A stretch of DNA of 64,000 nucleotides from an uncultured Clostridia bacterium (GTDB lineage: Bacteria > Bacillota > Clostridia > Oscillospirales > CAG-272). The translations under genes and the position numbers were made by a program. Numbering within the stretch: the first letter of the stretch is position 1; each line of letters begins with the position of its first letter. The stretch spans positions 10,901 through 74,900 of the forward strand of contig CANRIL010000008.1 in the NCBI GenBank assembly GCA_947630625.1, written 5' to 3'. The notes under the pieces were generated by a model. That model saw only the letters and a list, made by a program, of their open reading frames with translations. It did not search any database and had not been told where the DNA came from. Positions 7,910-18,446 of this stretch are shown in pieces.

Positions 7910-10009
7910 ATGAAAAACATTCCTGAATACTTCGGAAAACTCGTGTTTGACGACAGAGTGATGAAATCAATGCTCTCGGCGAAGGTGTACGCCTCGCTGA
8001 AGCGCACCATCGACGAGGACGCGCCGCTCGATATCTCGATCGCGAACGCCGTCGCCGACGCGATGAAGGAGTGGGCGACGAAAAACGGCGCCACGCACTA
8101 TACGCATTGGTTCCAACCCCTGACCGGCGTCACCGCCGAAAAGCACGACAGCTTCATCTCGCCCTCTCCGGACGGCGGCGTCATCATGGAATTTTCAGGC
8201 AAAGAGCTTATAAAGGGCGAGCCCGACGCGTCCTCATTCCCGTCCGGCGGTCTGCGCGCGACGTTTGAGGCAAGGGGCTACACCGCATGGGACCCGACAT
8301 CATACGCGTTCATCAAGGGCAACACGCTCTGCATTCCGACTGCGTTCTGTTCATACGGCGGCGAGGCGCTTGACAAGAAGACGCCGCTTCTGCGCTCGAT
8401 GGAGGCGCTCAACCGGCAGGCGCTCCGCATACTCAAGCTCTTCGGTCACGACGATGTAAAATACGTCAGATGCGAAGTCGGGCCTGAGCAGGAATATTTC
8501 CTCATAGACAGAAAGCTTTATGACCAGCGCCGCGACCTCATCTTCACGGGGCGCACGCTGTTCGGCGCGATGCCTCCGAAGGGGCAGGAGATGGACGACC
8601 ATTATTTCGGCGCAATAAAGCCGCGCGTCGCCGAATATATGGAGGATTTGAACGAAGAGCTCTGGAAGCTCGGAATCTACGCGAAGACGGAACACAACGA
8701 GGTCGCGCCCGCGCAGCATGAGCTCGCACCGATCTATTCAACTACGAATATAGCGACAGACCACAACCAGCTTACGATGGAGATCATGCAGAAGGTCGCG
8801 GCAAAGCACGGGCTCGTATGTCTTTTGCATGAAAAGCCGTTCGCCGGTGTGAACGGAAGCGGCAAGCACAACAACTGGTCGATCTCGACCGACACGGGCA
8901 TCAACCTGCTGAAGCCGGGCGATACTCCTTATGAAAACGCCCAGTTCCTGCTCTTCCTCTGCGCCGTCATCAAGGCTGTCGACGACTATCAGGACCTTCT
9001 CCGCCTCGCCGTTGCCACGGCAGGCAATGACCACCGCCTCGGCGCGAACGAGGCTCCGCCCGCCATCATTTCGATGTTCCTCGGCGATGAGCTCGACGCC
9101 GTGCTCGACGCGATCGAGAACGACCGCCCGTATGCCGGTTCCGAGAAGAAGACGCTGACGCTCGGCGTCGACGTTCTGCCCGACTTTGCGCGCGACACGA
9201 CAGACCGCAACCGCACCTCGCCCTTCGCCTTCACGGGCAACAAATTCGAGTTCCGCAGCGTCGGCTCGTCAAATTCGATCGCCTGCGCGAACATCATGCT
9301 GAACGCCGCCGTCGCCGAATCGCTCCGCATTTACGCCGACAGGCTTGAGGCAGCCGAAGACTTTGAGGCGACCTTGAACGGCATGATAAAGAAGACGATC
9401 AAGGATCACAGGCGCATAATCTTCAACGGCAACGGCTACGATGAATCTTGGGTGCGCGAGGCCGAGGCGCGCGGACTCTGCAATTACCGCACAACGCCCG
9501 ACTGCATGCCGCACCTGCTCGACGATAAAAACGTCGAGATGCTCACAAGACACGGGATATATTCCCGCGCCGAGCTCGAATCGCGCTGCGAGATCATGCT
9601 CGAAAACTACTGCAAGACAGTAAAGATAGAGGCAAACGCGATGGTCGATATGGCGAGAAAGCAGATACTTCCCGCCGTTGAAAAATACGCGGCGAGCGTC
9701 GCCGAAGCGGCTGCGTCAAAGCGCGCCGTTGTTCCGACGCTTACATGCGGATACGAAAGCAAACTCGTGTCGAAGCTGTCCTTGCTGATAGATCAGATCG
9801 CGGAGAAGACGGATGTGCTCGAAGTCGCCATAATGAACCTGAAGGACGAGTCGATAAAGAACATCATCGACGAGTCGTGCGCGATACGCGACACCGTGCT
9901 CTGCGCGATGAGCGAGCTGCGCGCCGTCGCCGACGAGGCGGAAACGCTGACGGCGGAGGAGTTCTGGCCTTTCCCGACTTACGGCGACCTGCTCTTCGGC
10001 GTAAGATAA
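7910..10009 (+). CDS. glnA: glutamine synthetase, type III
   Basis: 699 aa, the characteristic GSIII length. The N-terminus is [16 protein letters not shown] and the GS catalytic core is present ([36 protein letters not shown]). Confidence 0.92.
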   Translation: MKNIPEYFGKLVFDDRVMKSMLSAKVYASLKRTIDEDAPLDISIANAVADAMKEWATKNGATHYTHWFQPLTGVTAEKHDSFISPSPDGGVIMEFSGKELIKGEPDASSFPSGGLRATFEARGYTAWDPTSYAFIKGNTLCIPTAFCSYGGEALDKKTPLLRSMEALNRQALRILKLFGHDDVKYVRCEVGPEQEYFLIDRKLYDQRRDLIFTGRTLFGAMPPKGQEMDDHYFGAIKPRVAEYMEDLNEELWKLGIYAKTEHNEVAPAQHELAPIYSTTNIATDHNQLTMEIMQKVAAKHGLVCLLHEKPFAGVNGSGKHNNWSISTDTGINLLKPGDTPYENAQFLLFLCAVIKAVDDYQDLLRLAVATAGNDHRLGANEAPPAIISMFLGDELDAVLDAIENDRPYAGSEKKTLTLGVDVLPDFARDTTDRNRTSPFAFTGNKFEFRSVGSSNSIACANIMLNAAVAESLRIYADRLEAAEDFEATLNGMIKKTIKDHRRIIFNGNGYDESWVREAEARGLCNYRTTPDCMPHLLDDKNVEMLTRHGIYSRAELESRCEIMLENYCKTVKIEANAMVDMARKQILPAVEKYAASVAEAAASKRAVVPTLTCGYESKLVSKLSLLIDQIAEKTDVLEVAIMNLKDESIKNIIDESCAIRDTVLCAMSELRAVADEAETLTAEEFWPFPTYGDLLFGVR

Positions 10010-10038
10010 AATATCTAAGATAAAATATCAAAAAAACA

Positions 10039-10080
10039 CGGGGGAGCCGATGTTTCAACGGCTCCCCCGAATTTGTTTTA
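10039..10080. terminator. bidirectional rho-independent terminator
   Basis: CGGGGGAGCCG-9 nt-CGGCUCCCCCG, flanked by an A-run upstream and a T-rich run downstream. It sits between convergent genes. Confidence 0.8.
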
Positions 10081-10172
10081 TTTAAGGAATACGCGATAAA
10101 TCTAAACTTACGTCTCGCAAAAATGTTTTTTCAGCGCTTTGCAGGCTGCGGGATTGCCGCGCTTATGATTTG

Positions 10173-10940
10173 TTACTCGCCCTTGCGGCGGATCATGGCA
10201 CAGCCGAGAACGGCTGCCATCACCGTTATCAGAGCGGCAGAACCCATGACGGAACCGCAGCCGCCTTCGCTGTTCTCACTGCCGCCGTTCGTGTTCGCCG
10301 TCGTTCCGGCGCCGTTGTTGTTCTCAGCGGGAGCCTTCGTTGCGGCGTCTGTTTCGGGAGCATCCGTTGCCGGGGGCTCAGTCTCAGCCTCTGTCTCAAC
10401 GGGCAGCGTCGCGCCTTCGGCAAGGTAGAAGTTGAGCGTGATCGACTCTACGTTCGGCGTCTTGATCTGATCGTTGTCAAATTCAGCGGGAGCCGCGATG
10501 CGGACCGTATGCTTGCCGGCGGTTACGTTTTCAAACGTTTCGCTGACAGTGTTGAACATTCCCCAGTCGCTTGTGCTCGGGCATGTGACCTTGCGCATGT
10601 CCTCGTCAAACGTGAGCTCCATGTGACGGTCGCCGCTCGCCGCGTAGTAGACATCGACAACTACCTTTGCGCAGTCAGCCGGGACATCAAAGATATAGTC
10701 GAACCATGCGCCCTCGGCAGTCGCATTGTCAAGCGGCTTGAGCGCGACGGCGCCCTCTGCACCGGTCGAATCCTTCTGGAGCGCCAGGTTAGCGTTTTCG
10801 CCGTAGGCATCGTAAAGCCTTGCAAGGCAAAAACCGGTGCTGTCCGGCTTCTCTTCGTCTTCCGCCATGATGCAGACGGAAAGAAGCGAAACTGCTGTCA
10901 GCAGAGACATGAGAACGCAAAAAATTCTTCTTATTGTCAT
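10173..10940 (-). CDS. secreted beta-sandwich (carbohydrate-binding-module-like) protein with unusual C-terminal membrane anchor
   Basis: Start chosen at ATG 10940, which has GGAGG 11 nt upstream. It has a signal peptide (MTIRRIFCVLMSLLTAVSLLSVCIMA), a roughly 150-aa globular domain and a T/E/P/A-rich linker. The C-terminus is GGCGS + hydrophobic helix + RRKGE. The CBM assignment is tentative. Confidence 0.55.
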   Translation of the reverse strand: MTIRRIFCVLMSLLTAVSLLSVCIMAEDEEKPDSTGFCLARLYDAYGENANLALQKDSTGAEGAVALKPLDNATAEGAWFDYIFDVPADCAKVVVDVYYAASGDRHMELTFDEDMRKVTCPSTSDWGMFNTVSETFENVTAGKHTVRIAAPAEFDNDQIKTPNVESITLNFYLAEGATLPVETEAETEPPATDAPETDAATKAPAENNNGAGTTANTNGGSENSEGGCGSVMGSAALITVMAAVLGCAMIRRKGE

Positions 10941-11130
10941 AAATAAAAATTCCTCCATATGTGATGACAATATATTTCTTTATCTATTCTACCCCTATTC
11001 CGCGATGTTAACAATGTCATTTTCTTAATTTTATGCGCCGTAAAAATGTGAAATCCTTATATCGGCTTGATTTTTCGGTTCGTTTGCGCTATAATGGAAC
11101 AGTGAGAGAGTCAGCGAAAGGAGAATCTTT

Positions 11131-11907
11131 GTGTCAGCCCCTGTAAATATAAGCTATTATAGATACCGCTCGACGGAATTTATAACGGATGTGCCCGAAT
11201 CAAAGCTGACATCTGCCTACATGGTATTCGTGATCGAAGGCAGCCTTCTATACTATGTGAACGGCGAACCGGTCACGGTTGGCGCCGGTCAGGCGCTTTA
11301 TCTCCCCTCAGGCGTCAGCCGCCGAAGGGATGAATGTAAATCATCGGTCAAATATTATTCGATGCTCTTCACCGGAGGCGCGGATGAGGACACCGACCGC
11401 CTCCGCACCGTCTTCACATATACGGGCATGCCGGAGATAATGTGGTGCGTCTCGCTTATTGACAGGTCGTACGTCGCGCGTTACTACGACGGAAACGCGA
11501 CGGAGCGCCGCATCTCTCTCCTCTTTTCCCTGCTCCTGAATTTATGCGCGGAGGCGTCCGGCGGCGAGACGCACAACCAGTACGTAGAAGCGATAATCAG
11601 CTACGTCAGGGAAAATTACAAGACAAAGATAAAGATCTCCGACATTGCGGAGAGCATCCACCTGAACCCCGCCTACTGCTCGACGCTTTTCCGCCGCAGC
11701 ACCGGCATGACGATCGGACAATTTATCACCAAGTATAGGCTCGACATCGCGCGCGAGGAGCTCGGCGCGGGCAGCACCGTGCGCGAAGCGGGCGAGGCAG
11801 TCGGCTTTACCGACCCATACAACTTCAGCAAATGGTTCCGGCAAAATGCCGGTATGCCGCCGAGCGAATTCCGCCTGCGTTCGGGCGGAAGCCGACGGAA
11901 GCGTTGA
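11131..11907 (+). CDS. AraC family transcriptional regulator (cupin + HTH)
   Basis: C-terminal double HTH: ISDIAESIHLNPAYCSTLFRRSTGMTIGQFITKYRLDIAREEL...GFTDPYNFSKWFRQNAGMPPSEFR. GTG start. Confidence 0.88.
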   Translation: MSAPVNISYYRYRSTEFITDVPESKLTSAYMVFVIEGSLLYYVNGEPVTVGAGQALYLPSGVSRRRDECKSSVKYYSMLFTGGADEDTDRLRTVFTYTGMPEIMWCVSLIDRSYVARYYDGNATERRISLLFSLLLNLCAEASGGETHNQYVEAIISYVRENYKTKIKISDIAESIHLNPAYCSTLFRRSTGMTIGQFITKYRLDIAREELGAGSTVREAGEAVGFTDPYNFSKWFRQNAGMPPSEFRLRSGGSRRKR

Positions 11908-11928
11908 TGTTATGCAATTGTAAAACTA

Positions 11929-11972
11929 ATCGGGCATTTTCAGCTGCATTTGCCGAAAATGCCCGATTTTTG
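11929..11972 (+). terminator. rho-independent terminator after the AraC-family gene
   Basis: 13-bp stem AUCGGGCAUUUUC / GAAAAUGCCCGAU followed by UUUU. Confidence 0.75.
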
Positions 11973-11987
11973 CCCGAATATAAGGAA

Positions 11988-13277
11988 TTATCCGATGCCG
12001 AGCTTTTTGTCGCTCGGCTTGTTTTTCGTCCTTGCGCTCGTCTTTCCTTCGGGTGTGATCTCGCCCGCGGAGATAAGCGCGTGCTTTGTCAGCGCCGGTC
12101 CGACAAGTTCATAGACAAGTACCGAAAACAGAACGACGTTGCGGACGCTTGCCCCGTCCGAGAGCTCTACCGCCGTCATCGCCATGCCGAGGGCGACGCC
12201 CGCCTGAGGCAGAAGCGTGATGCCGAGGTTGCGCCTGATCGTCTGGCTGCACTTTGTCGCGGTGCAGCAGATATATGCGCCCGAATATTTTCCGAGCGAG
12301 CGGAAGATTATGTATACGACGCCGATAAGGAGGACGAGCGGATTTGAGAGTATCTTCAGATCGAGCTCGGCTCCCGAAAGCACAAAGAAGAGGACGAACA
12401 GCGGCGCTGTCCAGCCGTCGACACGGCTCATCAGCTCTTCCGAGAAATCGCAGATGTTGCAGAACAGTGTGCCGCACATCATCAGGACGAGCAGCAGGCT
12501 GAACCCGACGTGCAGGCCGCCGATGTCAAATTCCATCATCGAAATTCCGATTGCAAGAAGCACAAAGCCGATCGAAATAGATAAGCGTTTGCTGCGTGAA
12601 TGGAAGAATTTTTCGACGAAGTGCAGCGCGACGCCGATCAGAGCGCCGAGAAGTATCGACAGCGTGACCTCGATTATCGGTTCAAGAATGACCGTCGCGA
12701 CGCTGACGTGTCCGCTCTCAAGCACGCGGGCGATCCCGAATGAGACGGAAAACAGCACGAGTCCCACGGCGTCGTCGATCGCGACGACAAGCAGCAAAAG
12801 CTTCGTCATCGGGCCGTCCGCCTTATACTGGCGCACGACCATAAGCGTCGCCGCCGGTGCGGTCGCGGCGGCTATCGCGCCGAGGGTGATCGCGGATGAG
12901 AGAGAGATCGTCGCCGGGCTGATGAAGTGGAGCGCTATCAGCGCGCAGTCGACGAACACAGTCGTTATGACCGCCTGGAAAATACCGATCAAAATCGCGC
13001 GGGCTCCCATCTGTTTTATCTGTTCGACACGGAATTCGTTTCCGATAGTGAACGCGATAAAACCGAGCGCCGTCTGCGAAATGAGGTTGAACGCCTCGAT
13101 CTGCTCTTCCGAGGCAAATCCGATTCCGGGCACCTTAAACGCGCCGATTATGTAGGGTCCCAGCAAAAGACCCGCGACAAGATAAGCGGTCACTGCCGGA
13201 AGGTTGAGCTTTTTCGCGATGCGCGACATAAGCAGCCCGCCAAGAAGCGCGACCGAAAGCTGTATCAGTGTTGTCAT
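11988..13277 (-). CDS. cation:proton antiporter (Na+/H+ exchanger, CPA family)
   Basis: 429 aa, polytopic. The N-terminus LLGGLLMSRIAKKLNLPAVTAYLVAGLLLGPYIIG is typical of the sodium/hydrogen exchanger family. Confidence 0.8.
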   Translation of the reverse strand: MTTLIQLSVALLGGLLMSRIAKKLNLPAVTAYLVAGLLLGPYIIGAFKVPGIGFASEEQIEAFNLISQTALGFIAFTIGNEFRVEQIKQMGARAILIGIFQAVITTVFVDCALIALHFISPATISLSSAITLGAIAAATAPAATLMVVRQYKADGPMTKLLLLVVAIDDAVGLVLFSVSFGIARVLESGHVSVATVILEPIIEVTLSILLGALIGVALHFVEKFFHSRSKRLSISIGFVLLAIGISMMEFDIGGLHVGFSLLLVLMMCGTLFCNICDFSEELMSRVDGWTAPLFVLFFVLSGAELDLKILSNPLVLLIGVVYIIFRSLGKYSGAYICCTATKCSQTIRRNLGITLLPQAGVALGMAMTAVELSDGASVRNVVLFSVLVYELVGPALTKHALISAGEITPEGKTSARTKNKPSDKKLGIG

Positions 13278-13390
13278 GCTTTTTCCTCTGAACTGACGTT
13301 TAGATTTTTACCATCCCGACATTATATACCACATCTCTCTCAAATGCAATACTATTACGCAAGGTTTTCGCATCAGTTTTTTTTAACTTT

Positions 13391-14860
13391 TCAGAACTCG
13401 AGCGAGCGCAAAAACTGCCGCTCGAAGCGGGGGGAGCCGGACAGCTCTGTATAAACGGCGTCGGCGGCAAACCTCGCCTCAACTTCGCGAAGCTCCGGAC
13501 GGGTTAGCATCAGCTCCGCCCCGCGAAGCGCGCCGTTTCCGATGAAACGGACATTCCCGGCGAGCTCTTGCGGGATCAGCCCTATCCGCGCGCACGAACG
13601 CGCCGACAGCCCCGCCGCAAATCCTCCCGAAACGTAAAGAGGCAGCGCGCGCGGCACCCCCTCTGAGGCGATATCGAGCGCCGCCCTGATCGCCGCCTTG
13701 GCGAGCATCAGCGCGCGAATATCGTCTTGCGTTATAACGACGGTGTCCGTCAGCCGGAACGGCTCCGCAAGCGTCCCGCCCCTATCTATCGTGCCGAGCG
13801 CCAGCATGCACGCGGCGGCGTCGATCAGCCCGCTGCCGCAGACCCCGCGCGCCTCCCCGCCGCCGATAACGTGACAGCGCACCTCGCCCGCATTTATCGT
13901 GACCGAATCTATTGCACCTGCCTCCGCCCGCATGCCGCATGAGATTCCCGCCCCCTCAAGCGCGGGACCCGCGGCCGCCGAACAGACCCGCAGCGTCTCC
14001 CCGTCGTAAACGGCGACCTCGCCGTTCGTCCCGAGGTCGCAGAGGATGAAGCCGCCGTCCGCAGTTTTACTCCATCCGTCCGCAGCCTCGCTCCCGCCGT
14101 ACATGACCGCAATCACCGCCGCCATCGCGTCAGAACCGAAAAATCCGGAAACGCAGCGCGGCAGAAATATGTTTTCGCCGCTCGCAATATAACCGCCGAA
14201 AAGCTCCCGCGGAACAAACGGCGCGCGCCCGATAGGGCTCGGGTCGACGCACGCAAAAAGCGACATCATGACAGTGTTTCCGACAGCGACGCACGGCGCC
14301 CCGCCGTCCGCGCCGAGTTTACCGCGCAGCATGTCCGCGCACCCGCGGACAAGAGACGACATTTCCGACACGTCCGTCTTCCCTTCCGAGACGGCGCTGA
14401 TCCGGGAGATAACGTCGGCGCCCCATACCGATTGCGGATTGGATGACGATGATGTGCGCACACGCTCACCGGTCAAAAGATCGACGAGCGACGCCTCGAC
14501 CGTAGTCGTCCCGATATCGAGCGCAACGCCGAATTCCCTCGTCGGCTCAGCCAACATTTCAGACGCATAAACGGATTTGTCCCCCTCGCCGACTAACACC
14601 TCCGCGTCGCCGACAGCACGCGCGCGGCACGCGAGGCGCACGCCGCCCGAAATCAAATCCCCAAGCCGTTCGCGCTCAAGCTCGTCCGGCTCCGACAGCG
14701 CGCCCGCCGCTTTGACGCGGCAGCCGCCGCACCTTCCCTCGCCGCCGCACGGCGCGTACAGCGCGGCTCCCGCACAGCGCACAGCCTCGAGCAGCGTCAC
14801 GCTTTCGGGAAACGAAAGCTCTCGCGAATTATTTTCAAAATGAACCGTTATCTTTATCAT
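13391..14860 (-). CDS. ASKHA-fold protein with N-terminal 2Fe-2S ferredoxin domain (RACo-like corrinoid activation / DUF4445 family)
   Basis: Start at MIKITVHF (14860). Plant-type ferredoxin cysteines are present (CGGEGRCGGCRV...C), followed by the ASKHA phosphate-1 motif LDIGTTTVEASLVDL. Confidence 0.75.
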   Translation of the reverse strand: MIKITVHFENNSRELSFPESVTLLEAVRCAGAALYAPCGGEGRCGGCRVKAAGALSEPDELERERLGDLISGGVRLACRARAVGDAEVLVGEGDKSVYASEMLAEPTREFGVALDIGTTTVEASLVDLLTGERVRTSSSSNPQSVWGADVISRISAVSEGKTDVSEMSSLVRGCADMLRGKLGADGGAPCVAVGNTVMMSLFACVDPSPIGRAPFVPRELFGGYIASGENIFLPRCVSGFFGSDAMAAVIAVMYGGSEAADGWSKTADGGFILCDLGTNGEVAVYDGETLRVCSAAAGPALEGAGISCGMRAEAGAIDSVTINAGEVRCHVIGGGEARGVCGSGLIDAAACMLALGTIDRGGTLAEPFRLTDTVVITQDDIRALMLAKAAIRAALDIASEGVPRALPLYVSGGFAAGLSARSCARIGLIPQELAGNVRFIGNGALRGAELMLTRPELREVEARFAADAVYTELSGSPRFERQFLRSLEF

Positions 14861-15064
14861 AATTACCGCCAAAAATAGTAAGAGGCACGCGCAAAACCGC
14901 GCGGCGCGCACAAATATATTTTACCTCAGCCGCAGTAAAACCGCAACCGGAAAATCTCTTTTGACTTTTTTTATATGTCGGTGCTCCAAACTACTTGCGG
15001 GGAGCCCTGTGATATGATATACTGTCAGCATAGACGACAAAAAAACATAAGGAGAAATAAATCA

Positions 15065-18010
15065 ATGTCCCGAAACATAAAAAGCTCCGCGGAGCTGACC
15101 GCGATGCCCGCCGCATACGAGCTCGTGCATGAGGAATATATCGACGATATATCGAGCTGCGGCCTCATTCTGCATCACAAAAAATCGGGCGCGCGCGTCT
15201 GCGTCCTCTCGAACGACGACGAAAACAAGGTCTTCTGCGCCGGATTCAGAACGACGCCCGAAAACAGCACCGGCGTGCCGCACATCATCGAGCACACTGT
15301 TTTAAACGGCTCGAAGCACTTCCCGTCCCGCGATCCGTTCATGTCGCTCGTCAAGGGTTCGCTTCACACGTTCCTCAACGCGATGACGTACCCGGACAAG
15401 ACGATTTTCCCCGTCGCAAGCTGCAACGATCAGGATTTCAAGAACCTGATGCACGTCTACCTCGACTCTGTATTTTATCCGAACATTTACAGCCGCCGCG
15501 AAATCTTCATGCAGGAGGGCTGGCATTACGAGCTCGAGTCCCCCGAGGATGAACTCAAAATAAACGGCGTCGTTTACAGCGAGATGAAGGGCGCGCTCTC
15601 TTCTCCCGATTCGGTCATTTTCGAGAACATACAGCAGAAGCTGTATCCCGACAACACGTACGGCGTCAACTCCGGCGGAGACCCCGATCATATTCCGGAG
15701 CTCACATATGAAGATTTTCTCGATTTTCACCGCCGTTATTATCATCCCGTAAACAGCTACATCTATTTATACGGAAACATGGACGTTGAAGAGCGTCTCG
15801 CGTGGCTCGACGAGAACTACCTCTCGCATTTTGACAAGATCGAGCTCGATTCGCACATCGACCCGCAGCCGCGCTGGGGCGGCGTCCGCGAGGAGGAGGG
15901 CTTCTACTCCGTCGGCGCGGGCGACAGCACCGAGGGCAAATCATACTTCGGCGAGGCGTACCTGCTCCCGTCGCTCTCGCAGACGGACTCCGCCGCGTTC
16001 GAGGCTCTCGCGGACTCACTCATCTACTCGCCGGGCGCGCCCGTCCGTCAGGCGCTTCTCGACGCAGGGCTGTGCCGCGACATCAGGGGCGGCCTTCTCG
16101 ACCAGATGCTCGAGCCGTCGTTCGCCATAGTCGCCAAAGAGGCAAACGGCAACGACCGCGCGCGCTTCTTTGAAACCGTCGAGAGCACGCTCCGCCGCGT
16201 CGTAAAAGACGGCATCGACAGAAATTCCCTGCTCTCGTTTATAAATTCGAGCGAGTTCCGCTGGCGCGAGGCGGACTTCGGCAGCATGCCGAAGGGCCTT
16301 ATCTACATTCTGAATTCGCTTGCCACCTGGCTCTACAACGAGGACGCTCCGTTCGACGCGCTCCGTCTCGACAAGGTCTACGCCGAGCTCCGCGCCCGTC
16401 TCGACAGCCGCTATTTCGAGGAACTCATCGAGAAATACATCCTCGGCTCCGACCACACGCTCCGCTACACGCTCACCCCGGAGCCCGGCCTTGTCGACAA
16501 GCAGGACGCGAAACTCCGCGAAAAGCTCGCCGCATACAAGGCGTCGCTCAAAAAAGAGGATATCGACAGAATAGTCGCCGACACAAAGGGTCTGCGCGAA
16601 TATCAGTCGGCGCCGCCGACGACGGAGGAGCTTTCCTGCATACCGTCGCTCTCCCGCTCCGACATCTCACGCAAGGCAAAGCCGTTCTACAACACGGAGA
16701 CGACCGTCGGCGGCGTGCCCGCCGTCCGTCACGAGCTCGATACGCACGGCGTCGCCTACATCCGCCTCTACTTTAAGGCGGACGGCATCCCGACCGAGCT
16801 TCTTCCGTGCACGGGTCTGCTCGGCGCCGTCCTCGGCGCGGTCGACACCGAAAAGCACAGCTACTTCGAACTCTCAAATGAGCTCGGCATCCACACGGGC
16901 GGCGTATATTTCGACTTCGGGACGAATCCCGTCTCCGGCAAGACGGACGAATACCGCTTCGGAGGCAGCATAACGATATATGCGCTCTCTGACAAGGTCG
17001 GCCGCGCGATGGAGCTTGCGGGCGAGATCATCGGAACGTCGAAGCTCGACGACAAAAAGCGCCTGCGCGAGATAATAGGCGAGGTGCAGTCGAGCCGCCT
17101 GACGAGCATTTCCGGCAGCGGAAACTATTACGGCGCGCTTCGCGCACAGTCGTATTTCTCAAAGACCGCCGTCGTCAACGACCTGCTCGGCGGCATCGGC
17201 GGGTATCTCGCCTTAAAGGAGGCCGCCACCGACACGGACGCCGGCGCGGACGAGATAATAAGGAAGCTGAAAGCGGCGATGTCCTTCATCTTCCGCCCGG
17301 AGAACCTGCTCGTCAGCGTTGCCGCAGACGACGAGGCTGTGGCAGGGCTCGCCTCAGCGATGCCCGCGTTCCTTTCGAACCTCCGCACCGATGAAAAGCC
17401 CACTGGCGTCTCGGAGGTCGTACCTGTGAAGAAGAACGAGGGCTTCATGATCCCCTCGGCGGTCAACTATGTCACGCGCGCGGGAAATCTCTTCGCCGCG
17501 GGTCACAAATACAGCGGCGTCCTCAAGGTGCTGACGAATTCGCTCCGCATCGACTATCTCTATCAGGAGATCCGCGTCAAGGGCGGCGCTTACGGTCAGT
17601 CGTGCTCATTCGACCCGGTCACAGGTAATGTCACGTTCTCATCATACCGCGACCCGCAGCTCCGCGCGACAGACGAGGTCTACCGCAAGACCGCCGACTT
17701 CGTCCGCACCATGGCTCCGAACGAGCAGGAGCTCACGAAGCTTATAATCGGAACGTTCTCGTCCCTCGATTTCCCGCAGACCGCCCGCCAGGTCGCGTCC
17801 GGCTCGATGACGGCGTACCTCTCCGGCAGAAAGCTTGAGGACGTGCAGCGCGAACGCGAGGAAGCGCTCGACGTGACCGTCGAAGAGCTCCGCGCCGAAG
17901 CCGGGATGATCGACGACGTTATAAAGCAGGGTTACGTCTGCACGATCGGAAACGAGGCAAAACTGCGCGAATGCGCCGACATGTTTGACAACCTCGTCTC
18001 CCTCTCATAA
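15065..18010 (+). CDS. M16C (PreP-like) insulinase family zinc metalloprotease
   Basis: The inverted zinc motif HIIEHTVLNGS (HxxEH) and a length of about 981 aa fit this family. Start chosen at ATG 15065, which has AAGGAG upstream. Confidence 0.88.
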   Translation: MSRNIKSSAELTAMPAAYELVHEEYIDDISSCGLILHHKKSGARVCVLSNDDENKVFCAGFRTTPENSTGVPHIIEHTVLNGSKHFPSRDPFMSLVKGSLHTFLNAMTYPDKTIFPVASCNDQDFKNLMHVYLDSVFYPNIYSRREIFMQEGWHYELESPEDELKINGVVYSEMKGALSSPDSVIFENIQQKLYPDNTYGVNSGGDPDHIPELTYEDFLDFHRRYYHPVNSYIYLYGNMDVEERLAWLDENYLSHFDKIELDSHIDPQPRWGGVREEEGFYSVGAGDSTEGKSYFGEAYLLPSLSQTDSAAFEALADSLIYSPGAPVRQALLDAGLCRDIRGGLLDQMLEPSFAIVAKEANGNDRARFFETVESTLRRVVKDGIDRNSLLSFINSSEFRWREADFGSMPKGLIYILNSLATWLYNEDAPFDALRLDKVYAELRARLDSRYFEELIEKYILGSDHTLRYTLTPEPGLVDKQDAKLREKLAAYKASLKKEDIDRIVADTKGLREYQSAPPTTEELSCIPSLSRSDISRKAKPFYNTETTVGGVPAVRHELDTHGVAYIRLYFKADGIPTELLPCTGLLGAVLGAVDTEKHSYFELSNELGIHTGGVYFDFGTNPVSGKTDEYRFGGSITIYALSDKVGRAMELAGEIIGTSKLDDKKRLREIIGEVQSSRLTSISGSGNYYGALRAQSYFSKTAVVNDLLGGIGGYLALKEAATDTDAGADEIIRKLKAAMSFIFRPENLLVSVAADDEAVAGLASAMPAFLSNLRTDEKPTGVSEVVPVKKNEGFMIPSAVNYVTRAGNLFAAGHKYSGVLKVLTNSLRIDYLYQEIRVKGGAYGQSCSFDPVTGNVTFSSYRDPQLRATDEVYRKTADFVRTMAPNEQELTKLIIGTFSSLDFPQTARQVASGSMTAYLSGRKLEDVQREREEALDVTVEELRAEAGMIDDVIKQGYVCTIGNEAKLRECADMFDNLVSLS

Positions 18011-18036
18011 TTGCAGAATCAAAACTAATTCAAAAA

Positions 18037-18066
18037 CAGCCCCCGCGCGCGGGGGCTGTTTAATTT
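18037..18066 (+). terminator. rho-independent terminator
   Basis: CAGCCCCC-GCGCGC-GGGGGCUG followed by UUUAAUUU. Confidence 0.8.
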
Positions 18067-18370
18067 ATCCGTCGGACATCTGCCGCTTTACCGTGATGAC
18101 AAAATAATAATGCCGCAGGCGCCGCCCAACGGGCAAATAAACCGGCGCACCCGGGAAAGGAAAAGGAGAAAACGAGTGCGCCTTCGAGCATCAACTATTT
18201 AGTTTTGCTATGTATATATTATACTCTCTTTTGACGAAATGTAAATACCTTTTAAGAAAAATCGTCGAATTATACAACAATATTTTGTTGCATTCGTCAA
18301 CTTTGCACAAATGGGCTCTCGAAAGTCAGCGCACACGTTCTTAAAAAAATCGAGATTTGTTATTTTGTTG

Positions 18371-18399
18371 TTGCAGTCGGAGCGATTATATTGTATAAT
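18371..18399 (+). promoter_or_regulatory. sigma-A promoter of the GH43 gene (TTGCAG-17 nt-TATAAT)
   Basis: TTGCAG at 18371-18376, a 17-nt spacer, then TATAAT at 18394-18399, inside an AT-rich 260-bp island. Confidence 0.6.
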
Positions 18400-18446
18400 A
18401 TCGGTAAACAACAAAATTACATCAAGAAAAAAAGGAACAAAAGACC

